In this document: positions 23,975 to 34,916 of the stretch, piece after piece
Layout: each line of letters starts with the position of its first letter
How positions within the stretch are numbered: position 1 is the stretch's first letter
Assembly (NCBI GenBank): GCA_001643675.2
Contig: LSRY02000026.1
Coordinates: forward strand, 682,001 to 746,000
Reading direction: 5' to 3'
DNA: 64,000 nucleotides
Source of the DNA: Monocercomonoides exilis PA203
Lineage: Eukaryota; Protista; Preaxostyla
Notes under the pieces: generated by a model
What the model saw: the letters and a program-made list of their open reading frames with translations, nothing else
What the model was told of the DNA's origin: nothing
Databases searched by the model: none
Translations under genes and position numbers: made by a program

Positions 23975-26173
23975 CCATTGGTGCCAAACCCGGAACCTGG
24001 TGCCAAACCCGGAACTAGCAAATTTCTGTGTAATTTGAAAAAAGCTATAACTCTATGAACATTGAGTCCAGTGGGCTAATATTCACTTTTTTGTTTTCTT
24101 TATTATTATTAGTCAATATTTTTTTATCAAAAGCACAAATACATTCATATTTAAAAAAAATATTTTATTAATCAATTATTTGAAAATAGTTTTAATAAAG
24201 CGAAACTCAACAAAAACAAAAAGTGGCAACAAGGTTGTTTATATATTTATGGATATAAAATTAATGTTTGAAAAAAATTTTGTGTGATTTGAATGGGAAA
24301 ATTATTTTTCAAATTTTGATCAATTCCATAAAGATGAAAAAGTTGCTGACAAGCTCTGTCACAGCTTGGAAGAACGGTTTACTTAAAATATTTCAAGCAG
24401 ATTTTGAAGACAATATATATTTTTTTAAATATGCAACAATTGTTTTAGTGTCAATGCATGTCAGATACATATTTTGCTTGGAGCGTGCTTTTTGGTTGCA
24501 GGCTTTCCAAAAGAAAGGTTACAGTTTGTTGATTTTTTGTATTATGTTTATTTTTTTATAATTTGCGATATGAATAATTAAATACTTTAAAAGAAAATGT
24601 TTATACCAGCATTTTTCAACACAATTATTTTTTGAGTTTATTGTTTTAAATCTATGCAACGCATGCGTGGCACTTTGTTTTTATGTTATTTATACAAAAT
24701 ATTTACTGTCATTAAATATTTGATGTGTACAAATGCTTATTCAATGAAAATTTTATAATATATAATTTATAATAATTTGCTCTATTCTTTTTATATTCAA
24801 TAGTTTATCTTGCGCTATTTTTAAATTTCTTGTATTTTTTCACAATATATTATGTATGTCAGCATTTTATTTTGAAAGACTTTTTGGTTGAAGTGATATA
24901 TCATAAAACATATTTCATTATTTTATTCAATTTTCTTTTGTTATTTCATGAATATTCCTTTTTGTTTATTTCATGCGTATATGTGTATGCTTTATAATAA
25001 TATGCGGATAGGTAAGCATTTTAAACTATAATCCAATTTTTTTGTTTTCATTCATCTTATCGATAAGAAAAAGAATTTGATTCCTTATTCAAAAATGATA
25101 TTAAAACATTTACAAATAAAATACTTAAATCAGCAATGGATGTGAAAAAAATAAGCATTTAATAAAATAACAAATTTTGAAAATTTAAGTGATGGAAATA
25201 TAAATAAGTTCATAAAATTTTCAAAAATTATGTTAAAAAAAAAAATGGAAACCGATGCAACCAAAAAGTCTTTCAAAATAAAATGCTGACATACATAATA
25301 TATTGTGAAAAAATACAAGAAATTTAAAAATAGCGCAAGATAAACTATTGAATATAAAAAGAATAGAGCAAATTATTATAAATTATATATTATAAAATTT
25401 TCATTGAATAAGCATTTGTACACATCAAATATTTAATGACAGTAAATATTTTGTATAAATAACATAAAAACAAAGTGCCACGCATGCGTTGCATAGATTT
25501 AAAACAATAAACTCAAAAAATAATTGTGTTGAAAAATGCTGGTATAAACATTTTCTTTTAAAGTATTTAATTATTCATATCGCAAATTATAAAAAAATAA
25601 ACATAATACAAAAAATCAACAAACTGTAACCTTTCTTTTGGAAAGCCTGCAACCAAAAAGCACGCTCCAAGCAAAATATGTATCTGACATGCATTGACAC
25701 TAAAACAATTGTTGCATATTTAAAAAAATATATATTGTCTTCAAAATCTGCTTGAAATATTTTAAGTAAACCGTTCTTCCAAGCTGTGACAGAGCTTGTC
25801 AGCAACTTTTTCATCTTTATGGAATTGATCAAAATTTGAAAAATAATTTTCCCATTCAAATCACACAAAATTTTTTTCAAACATTAATTTTATATCCATA
25901 AATATATAAACAACCTTGTTGCCACTTTTTGTTTTTGTTGAGTTTCGCTTTATTAAAACTATTTTCAAATAATTGATTAATAAAATATTTTTTTTAAATA
26001 TGAATGTATTTGTGCTTTTGATAAAAAAATATTGACTAATAATAATAAAGAAAACAAAAAAGTGAATATTAGCCCACTGGACTCAATGTTCATAGAGTTA
26101 TAGCTTTTTTCAAATTACACAGAAATTTGCTAGTTCCGGGTTTGGCACCAGGTTCCGGGTTTGGCACCAATGG
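23975..26173. mobile_element. non-autonomous foldback DNA transposon: 916-bp inverted arms, 367-bp spacer, TA target-site duplication
   Basis: 23975-24890 mirrors 25258-26173 with a constant coordinate sum (50148), and the mirrored ORFs 24268-24561(+) and 25587-25880(-) are identical. Ends are TA|CCATTGG...CCAATGG|TA. Joining the flanks restores the family C-terminus ISDYFV*. Confidence 0.95.
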
Positions 26174-27580
26174 TAATCAGAAATATTTTTCAAAAAGAAA
26201 TGAGCATAATTTCTTTTAAAATGCTCAACAGTTTCAAAAAAGCTTATGATGGTATCTTCATATCCTTCTTCTTCCAGCTTTTCAAAAACCATCCTTTTCA
26301 TCTCTTTTCTTTTCACTTCTTCCATTTCTTCTTTCTTCTTCTCTTTCAATTTCCTTGAAACTCCCATAAAGAATCGAAAGCCATGAAATGCAATTTTGTC
26401 ACCCAACGTTGGCTGCTGTATTCTCTCAAAAACAGCATCAACAGCTGCGCATTTTAGAAATCCTTCAACGTTCACGCATCTATTTATTGCTGCTTTACTT
26501 ATGGAACGAATGCATTCAAAGCAAATTTCTCCATAATTGCACCTTGATGCTCGTAACACCTGAACAATGCTACAGACAAGTCCGACCAATTCCTCGTTCC
26601 ACGATCTGAATAATAGAAAGAAATTAGAGATATCATAGAGCCATCTCCCGATAATAATAACTTCTATTCTTCCATCTTCTTCTTTCCTCTTCCAATCCAC
26701 ACATTTCGACAATTCTTCCAATTCTTTAATTGCCTCTCTTGCAAAACGTAGTTCAATCACAATCGCTTCTTCCAAGCTATTGTCAGCCCAAAGTCTGGAA
26801 ACTAAAAACCTCCAAGCAGTCTGATAGGCAAGGCGAGTGAGATTGTGATATTCCTGATGATATTGGATGATCTCTTTGATCTCATTCAAATATAGTTTTT
26901 GTTCCATAAACTTTAAAAGACAAAGGAAAAAAAATGACATTAAAAATGAAATAGAGGTGCTCATACGAAACACTCAATGTTGCTCAATGCAAGCAATGCC
27001 ATTTCCACTTCCTTTTGAGATACTTCGTTTTCCTCTTTCTTCAACGCAACTTTCAGAAGACAAGGCACACACATTGATATCAATTCCGATGAAAATCTGT
27101 AGTTGAGAAAAAGATAACATTCGCAAAGATCAATCAAAAGACTTTCGTTCTTTTCTTCATTTTTCTCTTCTTCATCATCAATCATTTTCTCAAATCTTCC
27201 ACGCAGCAAAGAACTATTAAAGCCATAAATTCGCCAGTCCAAAAGAACTTTACAATATCCAATGCGCTTCAGCAACAAAATTGCATTTTCCAATGACAAT
27301 GTCTTTTCTTCAATCATTTGGAGAATTTTGTTGAATTGTTCTTCTGTGAAAACTGTTTGAAATTCTTCTTCATTCATTCCATCAACTATTTCATTCATTT
27401 CAAGGATTTTCTGTTCCTGCTCTGCATCAGTGAATTGTTCCAACTGTGAAAGTTTCTCTAAAAAAGTGAAAAAATCAAAAGAGTCAAAAATGCTCAATAA
27501 CGAATTCAATCTTTCATTTCTTATAACACTTTGCAAACCAAGAAATATTCGACCTTTTGAAGTTGGCTGTGAAATCGCAA
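26110..27580 (-). CDS. second KEVEMALLxLS family copy (introns 27458-27538 and 26911-26966); C-terminus altered by the foldback insertion; start codon uncertain, so possibly a pseudogene
   Basis: Same exon structure and motifs as 20434-21933. Original last codons and stop lie at 23963-23974. The homologous exon-1 frame has a TGA upstream and no clear ATG. Confidence 0.7.
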
Positions 27581-29493
27581 AATGAATTCAAAAACAACAA
27601 ATAAATTCATTTTCGAAATATTCGTGTTTTGTTCAAATCAAATGAATTAAAAGCACCAAATCAAATATCTAATTACGCTGAAGTCCACACATTTTCATGT
27701 GACGTCGATGTCATTTGCATTAAAACAAACAAATCAAAAAGAAGAAAATCAGATCTCCTTCTCGAATAATAAATAAGGGTTTTCAACCCATAATTTTTTA
27801 AGAGAAGATTTTTGATTGATGATATGTTGAGATAAAAGTTTGTTTGAGCTGCTTAGGTTAACTTCCACGGATGCAACCATGCGAGTTATAGCATTGCAGA
27901 AGAACAGGTACTTTTCTTGCAGATGGAGGAGAGAGTGGCTGTTTGCATCGATTGCTTGCGAAAAAGAAATTGATGGAGAAAACCAGCATGAGATTTGGAC
28001 TTGGCTATATATTATAAAGCATATGGTGCAATATCGACTGTGATATTTTGAATGATAAAAAATTCAAGCAAGATGCAGAAAAAGCGAGGAGAATGTAAGA
28101 AAGATTGAATTGCACCCCTTGTTCAATTTGTGTGAAATGTGTTTCTCTTGGCATATTTTTTGCTCAGGATTTGTTTTCAGTGATTTTTTATTGGAAGGAT
28201 GATTTTGTGGAAAAGGAAAGGAAATTGGGGGGATTGAACAATGGAGGAAGCGAGTTGAACGAAGCACTCAGCAGGCCTCAATTACAATCTCATTTGCTTT
28301 TTGCACAGAACCCTTTGGAAAGCCATCATCAAAGACATGACGTTGAATTGGGCTTTGAAAAGGAGTTAATTTGGAGAACTTGTGTTTTCATCTGATATTT
28401 CAGCCGGCTTCACAATGGATTCTCTGTGCTCGATGAAGTTCAATGCCAGCGATTTGCTGTCCAGTTGTCTGTTTTTTTTATGTGGCAAGAGGCAATTTTG
28501 GAGAACAAGAAAGCCAGCTGGGTTGTAATTACCAATCCATTGGAGATGGAAAAATATTAAAAATTCAAAAAAATGGTTTGATTTTCTTTTGTTTCATTCA
28601 TTTTTCTTTAAAGGTGTGTTTTCAATGCGTACAAATTGGGAACGAATGGAAATACCATTGAATGAAGCCTTCTTTTCATTTCTCGAAAGAACCATAAGTT
28701 TTGAGGTTATTCTTGTTTGGATTGCATTCAACGATGACATTCATGTCTTCTGCCATATGTCTTGCATGTTGCATAGCCTGACAATGCTTAACATGAGCTT
28801 GAAAGATAAAGGCAGTCTGTTTGGCTTATTTGTTGAGGGTATTTGGCAGAAGCGACTCTTTAATCTGGGCTGATGAGCTGACTGGGCATTCACATTCAGA
28901 ACACATTCAGTTTTTTCTATCGCACAACATGACTTGGAAAAGCTGATATCTTCTCTTCTTCTTCACCTTCCTTATCTTTCTCAACAGTCTCACTTCAACA
29001 AAAGATGTTCATTACCAGAATCGATTCATCAATCACATAATCATTAAATTCTTCATTTTCTTCTCCTTTCATTTGAAAATTCTGCTGTAGATGCCAACCT
29101 ATTCAATTGTCAACTTCTTTTATCATCAACGTCTTCTTCTCTGCCAATATCCTCATCACACTTGAAGTTCACTTGAATTGTTGACATCATTGGACAAACA
29201 TAATTTTCTTTTTCTGAGGGAAAAGCAGTTCAACCACACAAGGGCAGTCAATTATTTGTGGACTTTCATCTTTATCTGTTCGTATCTCAATCCCTTTCAC
29301 AAATTATGTAACTGTGATTTTATGTTAAGTCTGAAATCAACTCATCGAATGATATATTTTTATCGATCGACATTACTCAAGTCATTGTCAACATCTTTAA
29401 AAAAAGGATTGAATATTTTTCACAATTCTCAATTGCTTCTTCTTCTTCAAATTGTGATATGAAAAATGCAAATAACATGAATATAATAAAGAA

Positions 29494-29599
29494 TTCTTCT
29501 TCTTCTTCTTCTTCTTCTTCTTCTTCTTCTTCTTCTTCTCCTCCTCCTCCTCCTTCTCCTTCTCCTTCTCCTTCTCCTTCTCCTTCTCCTTCTCCTTCT
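29494..29599. repeat. (TCT)n-(CCT)n-(TCTCCT)n microsatellite
   Basis: Directly visible. Confidence 0.9.
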
Positions 29600-29819
29600 T
29601 TGAATTCTTCTTTGAATTCTTCTTTTCTTTCAATTAAAAAATACTTTCTTCTTTGCCTCGCCGTCAAAAAAATTCCGCAATTCACAAAAGAAGTGCGAAA
29701 GAGGGATTTTTTATTTTTGTTTTTATTTATTTTTTTTTTTTTTATAATTCATTTTCTTCAGCAAAATTTGTGTTTTTGCAAAGAATTCAATCTTCTTCTT
29801 CTCTTTTCATCTTTTTTTG

Positions 29820-30790
29820 TCTCTTCAAATCCTTCTTCTTCCTCTTCTTCTTCTTCTGTTCTTGAAGAATCTCCGTGCTCTCCCCGCTTCACCTTCCTTC
29901 TCTTCTCAACCACTGAGTCTGATGTGCTGAGACTTGCGGGCAGAAAAGCACAATGGAAGACAGCGTGCTGTTGCTGCATGAAGATGGATGATACATTAAA
30001 AAGCTTGTGTTCTTCGAAGAAGTGGGGATTTTGGCTCACACGCTGAAATATCCGCTGGAGCTGAGGTTTTCTGAGAAAGGAATGAAAGCGCTGGAAATCA
30101 GAAGGCTAAGATCTGGACAAGGAGGATGAGATAGAAGGAGAGAAGGAAAAAGAAGGAAAGGAAAGAAAAACCAGGCAAACTCCGGACAATCCGATGAAAA
30201 AACACTCGATAAGGATGAATTCAAACAATCTGATGAATCATAATCTCTTTATATACAGAAACCTGCTTCAAACGAAACTGCCCCTCTTTCAGAAGCTCTG
30301 AATTCTTCGTCTTCAAATGCACTTTAGCCTGATTCACAGCCTTTATCCGCTGAATCAAAAGGTATAATTCCACCAATTCCATATTTTGACAAGAAGCTGA
30401 AGGGATGAAGCATTTTTTGAGTGTTTGATGAACTTCTAGGAAGAGATACAGCTATGTATTTAGCATCACATTTTGTGGAATGTTTTCTGAGTGTCTGTGC
30501 AGCCAATGTGCAAAAAAGGAGAAGAATAAAGAGAATTAAAGAAGAGGAGGAAGAAGAAGAGATGTTGGAGAATGCATCGATAGCAACAAAAACAGAGTGG
30601 AGCAGCGTTCTGGAGGCACGCTCCCTTCTGCAGAATCCACCAATGTGTGTGCAAGTGCATTTGCGGAGCCAATATGGAAAATGAACAGCTCGACGAAATG
30701 GGAACTCGACTTGTAAAGAAGGCGATATCAAAGAGGAAGATGACAGATCAGAAATGAAGGTGGCCATGCAGCTAAACAATTTGAAGGATC
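29820..30790 (+). pseudogene. decayed coding-like fragment of unknown family
   Basis: Higher GC than the flanks and protein-like frames (e.g. 30421-30684) interrupted by stops. Confidence 0.3.
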
Positions 30791-31052
30791 TGAAACAGAA
30801 TTTCTCGAATATCTTTTTTTCTTTCAAATTTTTATTTTGTTATTTTTTCGACATCTTTGAATAATCTTTATTAATTATTTCAAAATATGAAACAATAACA
30901 ATAAGAAACAAATAATTATAATAGTAATATTTAAAGCAAAATTTTTGAGTGATCATCATTTTCATTTTTTCATTCATTTCAACACTTTATGAAAAATTAT
31001 TTTAATTACAAAAAACCGTTATTTTTTGTTATATCAAAACTTAAATAAATAA

Positions 31053-31054
<2 letters not shown>

Positions 31055-31116
<62 letters not shown>
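31055..31116. repeat. poly(A) run, 62 nt, preceded by (AAAT)3
   Basis: Directly visible. Confidence 0.95.
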
Positions 31117-31118
<2 letters not shown>

Positions 31119-32258
31119 AAAAATAGATGAAGAAAAAAAGAAAAATGATGTCTATCTCGTAAATTAAAAATGATTTGATGAATTTTGTATGTTATCTAAT
31201 AGTTATTTGTCTTATTCATCTAAAACTTTTCAAAATAATCCTCTTTTTTTTTTTTTTCAAAGATGGGATAAAAAAAAACGGGTCCACATAGAGAGAGAAT
31301 TTCAAACTTTTGTGTGAGATAAATAATGTTCTTCATTGATCAATTTGAAAAATTTCTTTGATTCCAGTATTTTTTCGGACACTTATTTGATTAACATTTT
31401 GCAACCATCAGTGAGACAATTCACTGTTTGAATGATCAGAAACAACAAAACATATTTCTTTGGACATAAAAATTTCAAATGTGACACTCAAAAGATATAT
31501 TGTCACTTGAATTGCCATCACTATTTTTTGAGTGGTTTCAGGAATGAGTTCAATTCACTTTTTTTCAGTATCTGAATTTTTCTGATTCCAAATCGAAAAA
31601 TTGAAAAACAATCCCAATTGAACTCAAAAATTTTAAACTTCGATTATCAGATGATTATTTTCATTTTTCAATTGCAACGAACAAATATTGATACATTCGT
31701 TTTTGTTATTGTAATCAACTGTTGCTTGTCATCCAACGAGCATTTCAATTTAAGAGTTTTGAGTGATGAGAACAGATGATAATCACTATTATTTTATGTT
31801 CTTGAATTTTCTTTTCTGTAAAACGTATTTGTTTTTCTGTGACTTGTTCATTTCATTGATTATCAATTCAGTCACGGTGTTGTTTGCCCAAAATAGTTTT
31901 CCATTGTTTGAATGATAATTTTTGATATTAAATTTTTGCAATCATTAATGTCTGTTTGTTTCTTTGTATTGAGAAACCAAAAAGTGAATTTAAAAAAAAA
32001 AATAAAAAATAAAAAAAAAAAAATCAAATAAAAAATAAAAAAAATAAAAAAAAGCGTGAATTTTGGAATATTGATACAATATGGAAAAAAGTGAAAATGA
32101 AGATAAATTTCACATGATGAAAACACATTGCATTCTATTTTCATTTGTGTAAGACATTCTTTGCGTTAACCTCTTATTGAAAAAATAAAAAATTTTAGAA
32201 ATATCTATTGATTTCACAAATTTTTTGGTTTCGATCAAAAATTATTTCGATGCAAATA

Positions 32259-33271
32259 ATGGCGGAACAGAAGGATCTTTGAATTTAATTGTGAAATAAG
32301 CTCTTTAAAAATGAGGATATGATGTGGAACTGTTATTTGGAGAAAGTGTTGAACAACGAAGTTCAGTAATGCCGATATCACAGAATACAAATAGTGTGTT
32401 TCTCTGTTTTCACAAATTGCAAATATTGGAAATATCCCAAATGTTTCGAAAGAAAACTAGTTTTCCATGGAACTATATTTGCGAATATGAAAATTTCCTT
32501 ATGATCAGCTTTATAGATTTGAATGAATTATTGGGTGAAAATACAAATTAAAACAATTTCTTCTTTGCTCGGAATTTCTCAAAAGATGGTGGGTTTCTGA
32601 TGCAGCGTTGTGCGAGTCTGTTGCGCAAAAGAATGGAATGATAAACAACAAACGATCGGAGGCACTGGAAAAACTGTTGAATTTCATGAGGCTGTCTGAC
32701 AGAAGAGAAAATATTGCAGAGGAAAATGAAAAGACCACGTTTAGATATTTGGAAGAGTGGAGCGTCTCGACGGAGGACAGGCTGTTAAATGATTAATGAT
32801 AATTGTCCCATATAGAACATCAGAAATTTTTATACTGTTAATTCAACGTATTATTCTCCACGAAACGACTATTATTTCAGACGAATGTTAGGCATATGCT
32901 TCGTTGGAAGAGCAGGGTTTTTAAACGTTTAACTGTCTGTAACAGAATAATCCTTATTTATCAGGAAACTGGAACAAGAACAATCACAATAGAAGGATTG
33001 TGTTCCCATTTGAGGTCATCTTTTCCACGGTTTGGTACCAGTTAGAAGTTCATTTTGGATCATATTGCCATGTTTCTTGCCAAAATCTCTCTCACACTAT
33101 CTTTTGAAGACCTAACTAATAAATAAAATTGCAGAATACAAAGCAGAAGAAGAAATAGCAGAAGAAAATGTAATGAAAGAAGATGAAGAATCAGAAGAAA
33201 TTTATGAAGAAGTGCCATTTTTTGAAGATATCATATCCAACGAAGATGAATTGTTCGAAGACGAATATTGA
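32259..33271 (+). pseudogene. heavily decayed Merlin/IS1595(ISXO2)-like transposase
   Basis: Remnants IISDEC*AYASLEEQGF..LTVC..ETGTRTITIEGLCSHLR align with INTDCWKAYSSLDTLGFTHQTVNH..LTKCHTNRIEGA of the element at 37418. Acidic C-terminal tail. Weak AT-rich inverted similarity between ~32178-32260 and ~33327-33402. Confidence 0.75.
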
Positions 33272-34594
33272 GGAGCTGGAAACGGAAAAAACAATTCAGA
33301 ACATGCACCACAGAAGATTTTTTTTTCATTTTTGCATTTCAAAAATTTTTTGATCACGAAAAATAAATTATAAAAAATTTGAAATTTTTTTATTTTTTTC
33401 ATTTTTGCTCAAAATACATTTCCGAGCATTTTCAACATGAAGAACATACATATAAACAATATTTACTACGACAATATAGAGTTATTTGTGAAGTTTGAGA
33501 AATACCATATTGGATTTTTTTGACTGAGATTTTTTTTGAAGAGATCAAATAAAATGAAAGAACACTGAAATAATCAACACTCTGAAAATATGAAGATTTC
33601 AAAAAGAATCACCCATTCGCATTTATCAAATGTGAACATAATCACAAACATTAAAAAATTTTTCAAACCAATTGCATTATCAATCATTTTTTAAGATATC
33701 TTTTCTAAAACAATAATTTTAATTTTTTTTTGATTTTTTTGAGAATGGAATAATTGAGTGTCAATGATTTCTTAAAAAATGAAAAAACAACCATTGATGA
33801 TTTGATTATTCTCAAAAAAACGATGATATTTTGAACAATCAGAGATAATAAAAAACATATGGAAAAGATGAGCATTTTCAGTTTTAAATTCACCAGATTT
33901 TCAGATATGAAAGTTCATGGAAATAAAAGCAAGTCATAATAAAAACGCAGTGAGACAGGTCTGCTCCGAGATAATGAGTCTTGATCACGATTTATGGGTG
34001 GTTTGAGTGAATAACTTCGCCCTCCCCAAATGACGTGGAAAAAGAGCGAGACAAAAGTATGAAACAATAACATTTAACATTGAATAATAAAATCATGTAT
34101 TGTCCGCTTCACTTCATCACCGACTTCGCCCTTTCTCCATGGTTACGAAGACTAGAGGGCAGGGGACGTTGCCCCTCGGAGCTGTCTTCTACAAGCTGAG
34201 CAGGGATCCGGTTTGGCGAAAGCTCAGGACGGAGCAGAAAGAAAAACCACTCTCGCTTTTGCGAGGTGTGGAAATGAAAACTGCATGTGATGTGCTCTGC
34301 CTTCCGCTCTTCTGCTGCATCAACAGAACAAATCCACTCACCACACACTGCATATTTGAAATTAAATTCTTCTCTGTGAAAACAATAATAATCTTGTTTA
34401 GAAGCAGGAACATGCTTTGTACTATTTATTTGTTCCCATGTTTCTCTGAACAGGTTCTAGGTGCACATAAATATCTTCGGGCGGTTGATCTTTTCCTCTA
34501 TCCTTTTATATCTCGCCCTTTTCCCCGTCATCTTCCTAATCTGTTTCTCTCTCTTACGCACCCAGCCGCTCTGAGTCTCTCCATCCGCGTTCGT

Positions 34595-34696
34595 ATTATT
34601 TCGGAGCAAATCCTGTCTCACCGCGTTCTATCAATTTGCAATAAAGCGAATCTATGAACGCAAAGAGCAGGTTTGCTCCTCAATAATGAGTCTTGA
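34595..34696. promoter_or_regulatory. DIRS internal complementary region (ICR)
   Basis: 34595-34630 is close to the reverse complement of the left end 33941-33975. 34633-34690 is close to the reverse complement of the right end 43545-43601. The two halves abut, mimicking the circle junction. Confidence 0.88.
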
Positions 34697-34916
34697 AAGC
34701 CCTCACTCTCTTTTCTCTCCTGATCTTAAACCCTCCTGCCTAGCACTTTCTCGTGCGGCGGATGAATAGAGGGACTGCGGATGAAGGTGCGATCCCTGTC
34801 TCTACTCCCTCCCTCTCTTGGAATGTTTCCGAGGTGTTCTTGATCGGGTCATCTGCGGTTGAACCGTCATGGCAATTTGCCCTATGCTTCTCTCTCCGCG
34901 TCTCCTCCGATAAGTC

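Noticed and set aside
23979-24016. Tandem 18-bp repeats as a CRISPR-like array
   Set aside because: Only two units with no spacer; they are subterminal transposon motifs in a eukaryotic genome.
24268-25880. Identical 97-aa ORFs on opposite strands
   Set aside because: A consequence of the inverted arms. TTG start, AT-rich, no transposase motifs.
27800-29400. Possible third, decayed receptor-family gene
   Set aside because: Only vague compositional resemblance; no diagnostic motif could be aligned by eye.
34100-34230. Hammerhead ribozyme (CTGAGCA..GAAA on +, GTGATGA on -)
   Set aside because: The core CUGANGA/GAAA with proper stems I-III could not be assembled on either strand.
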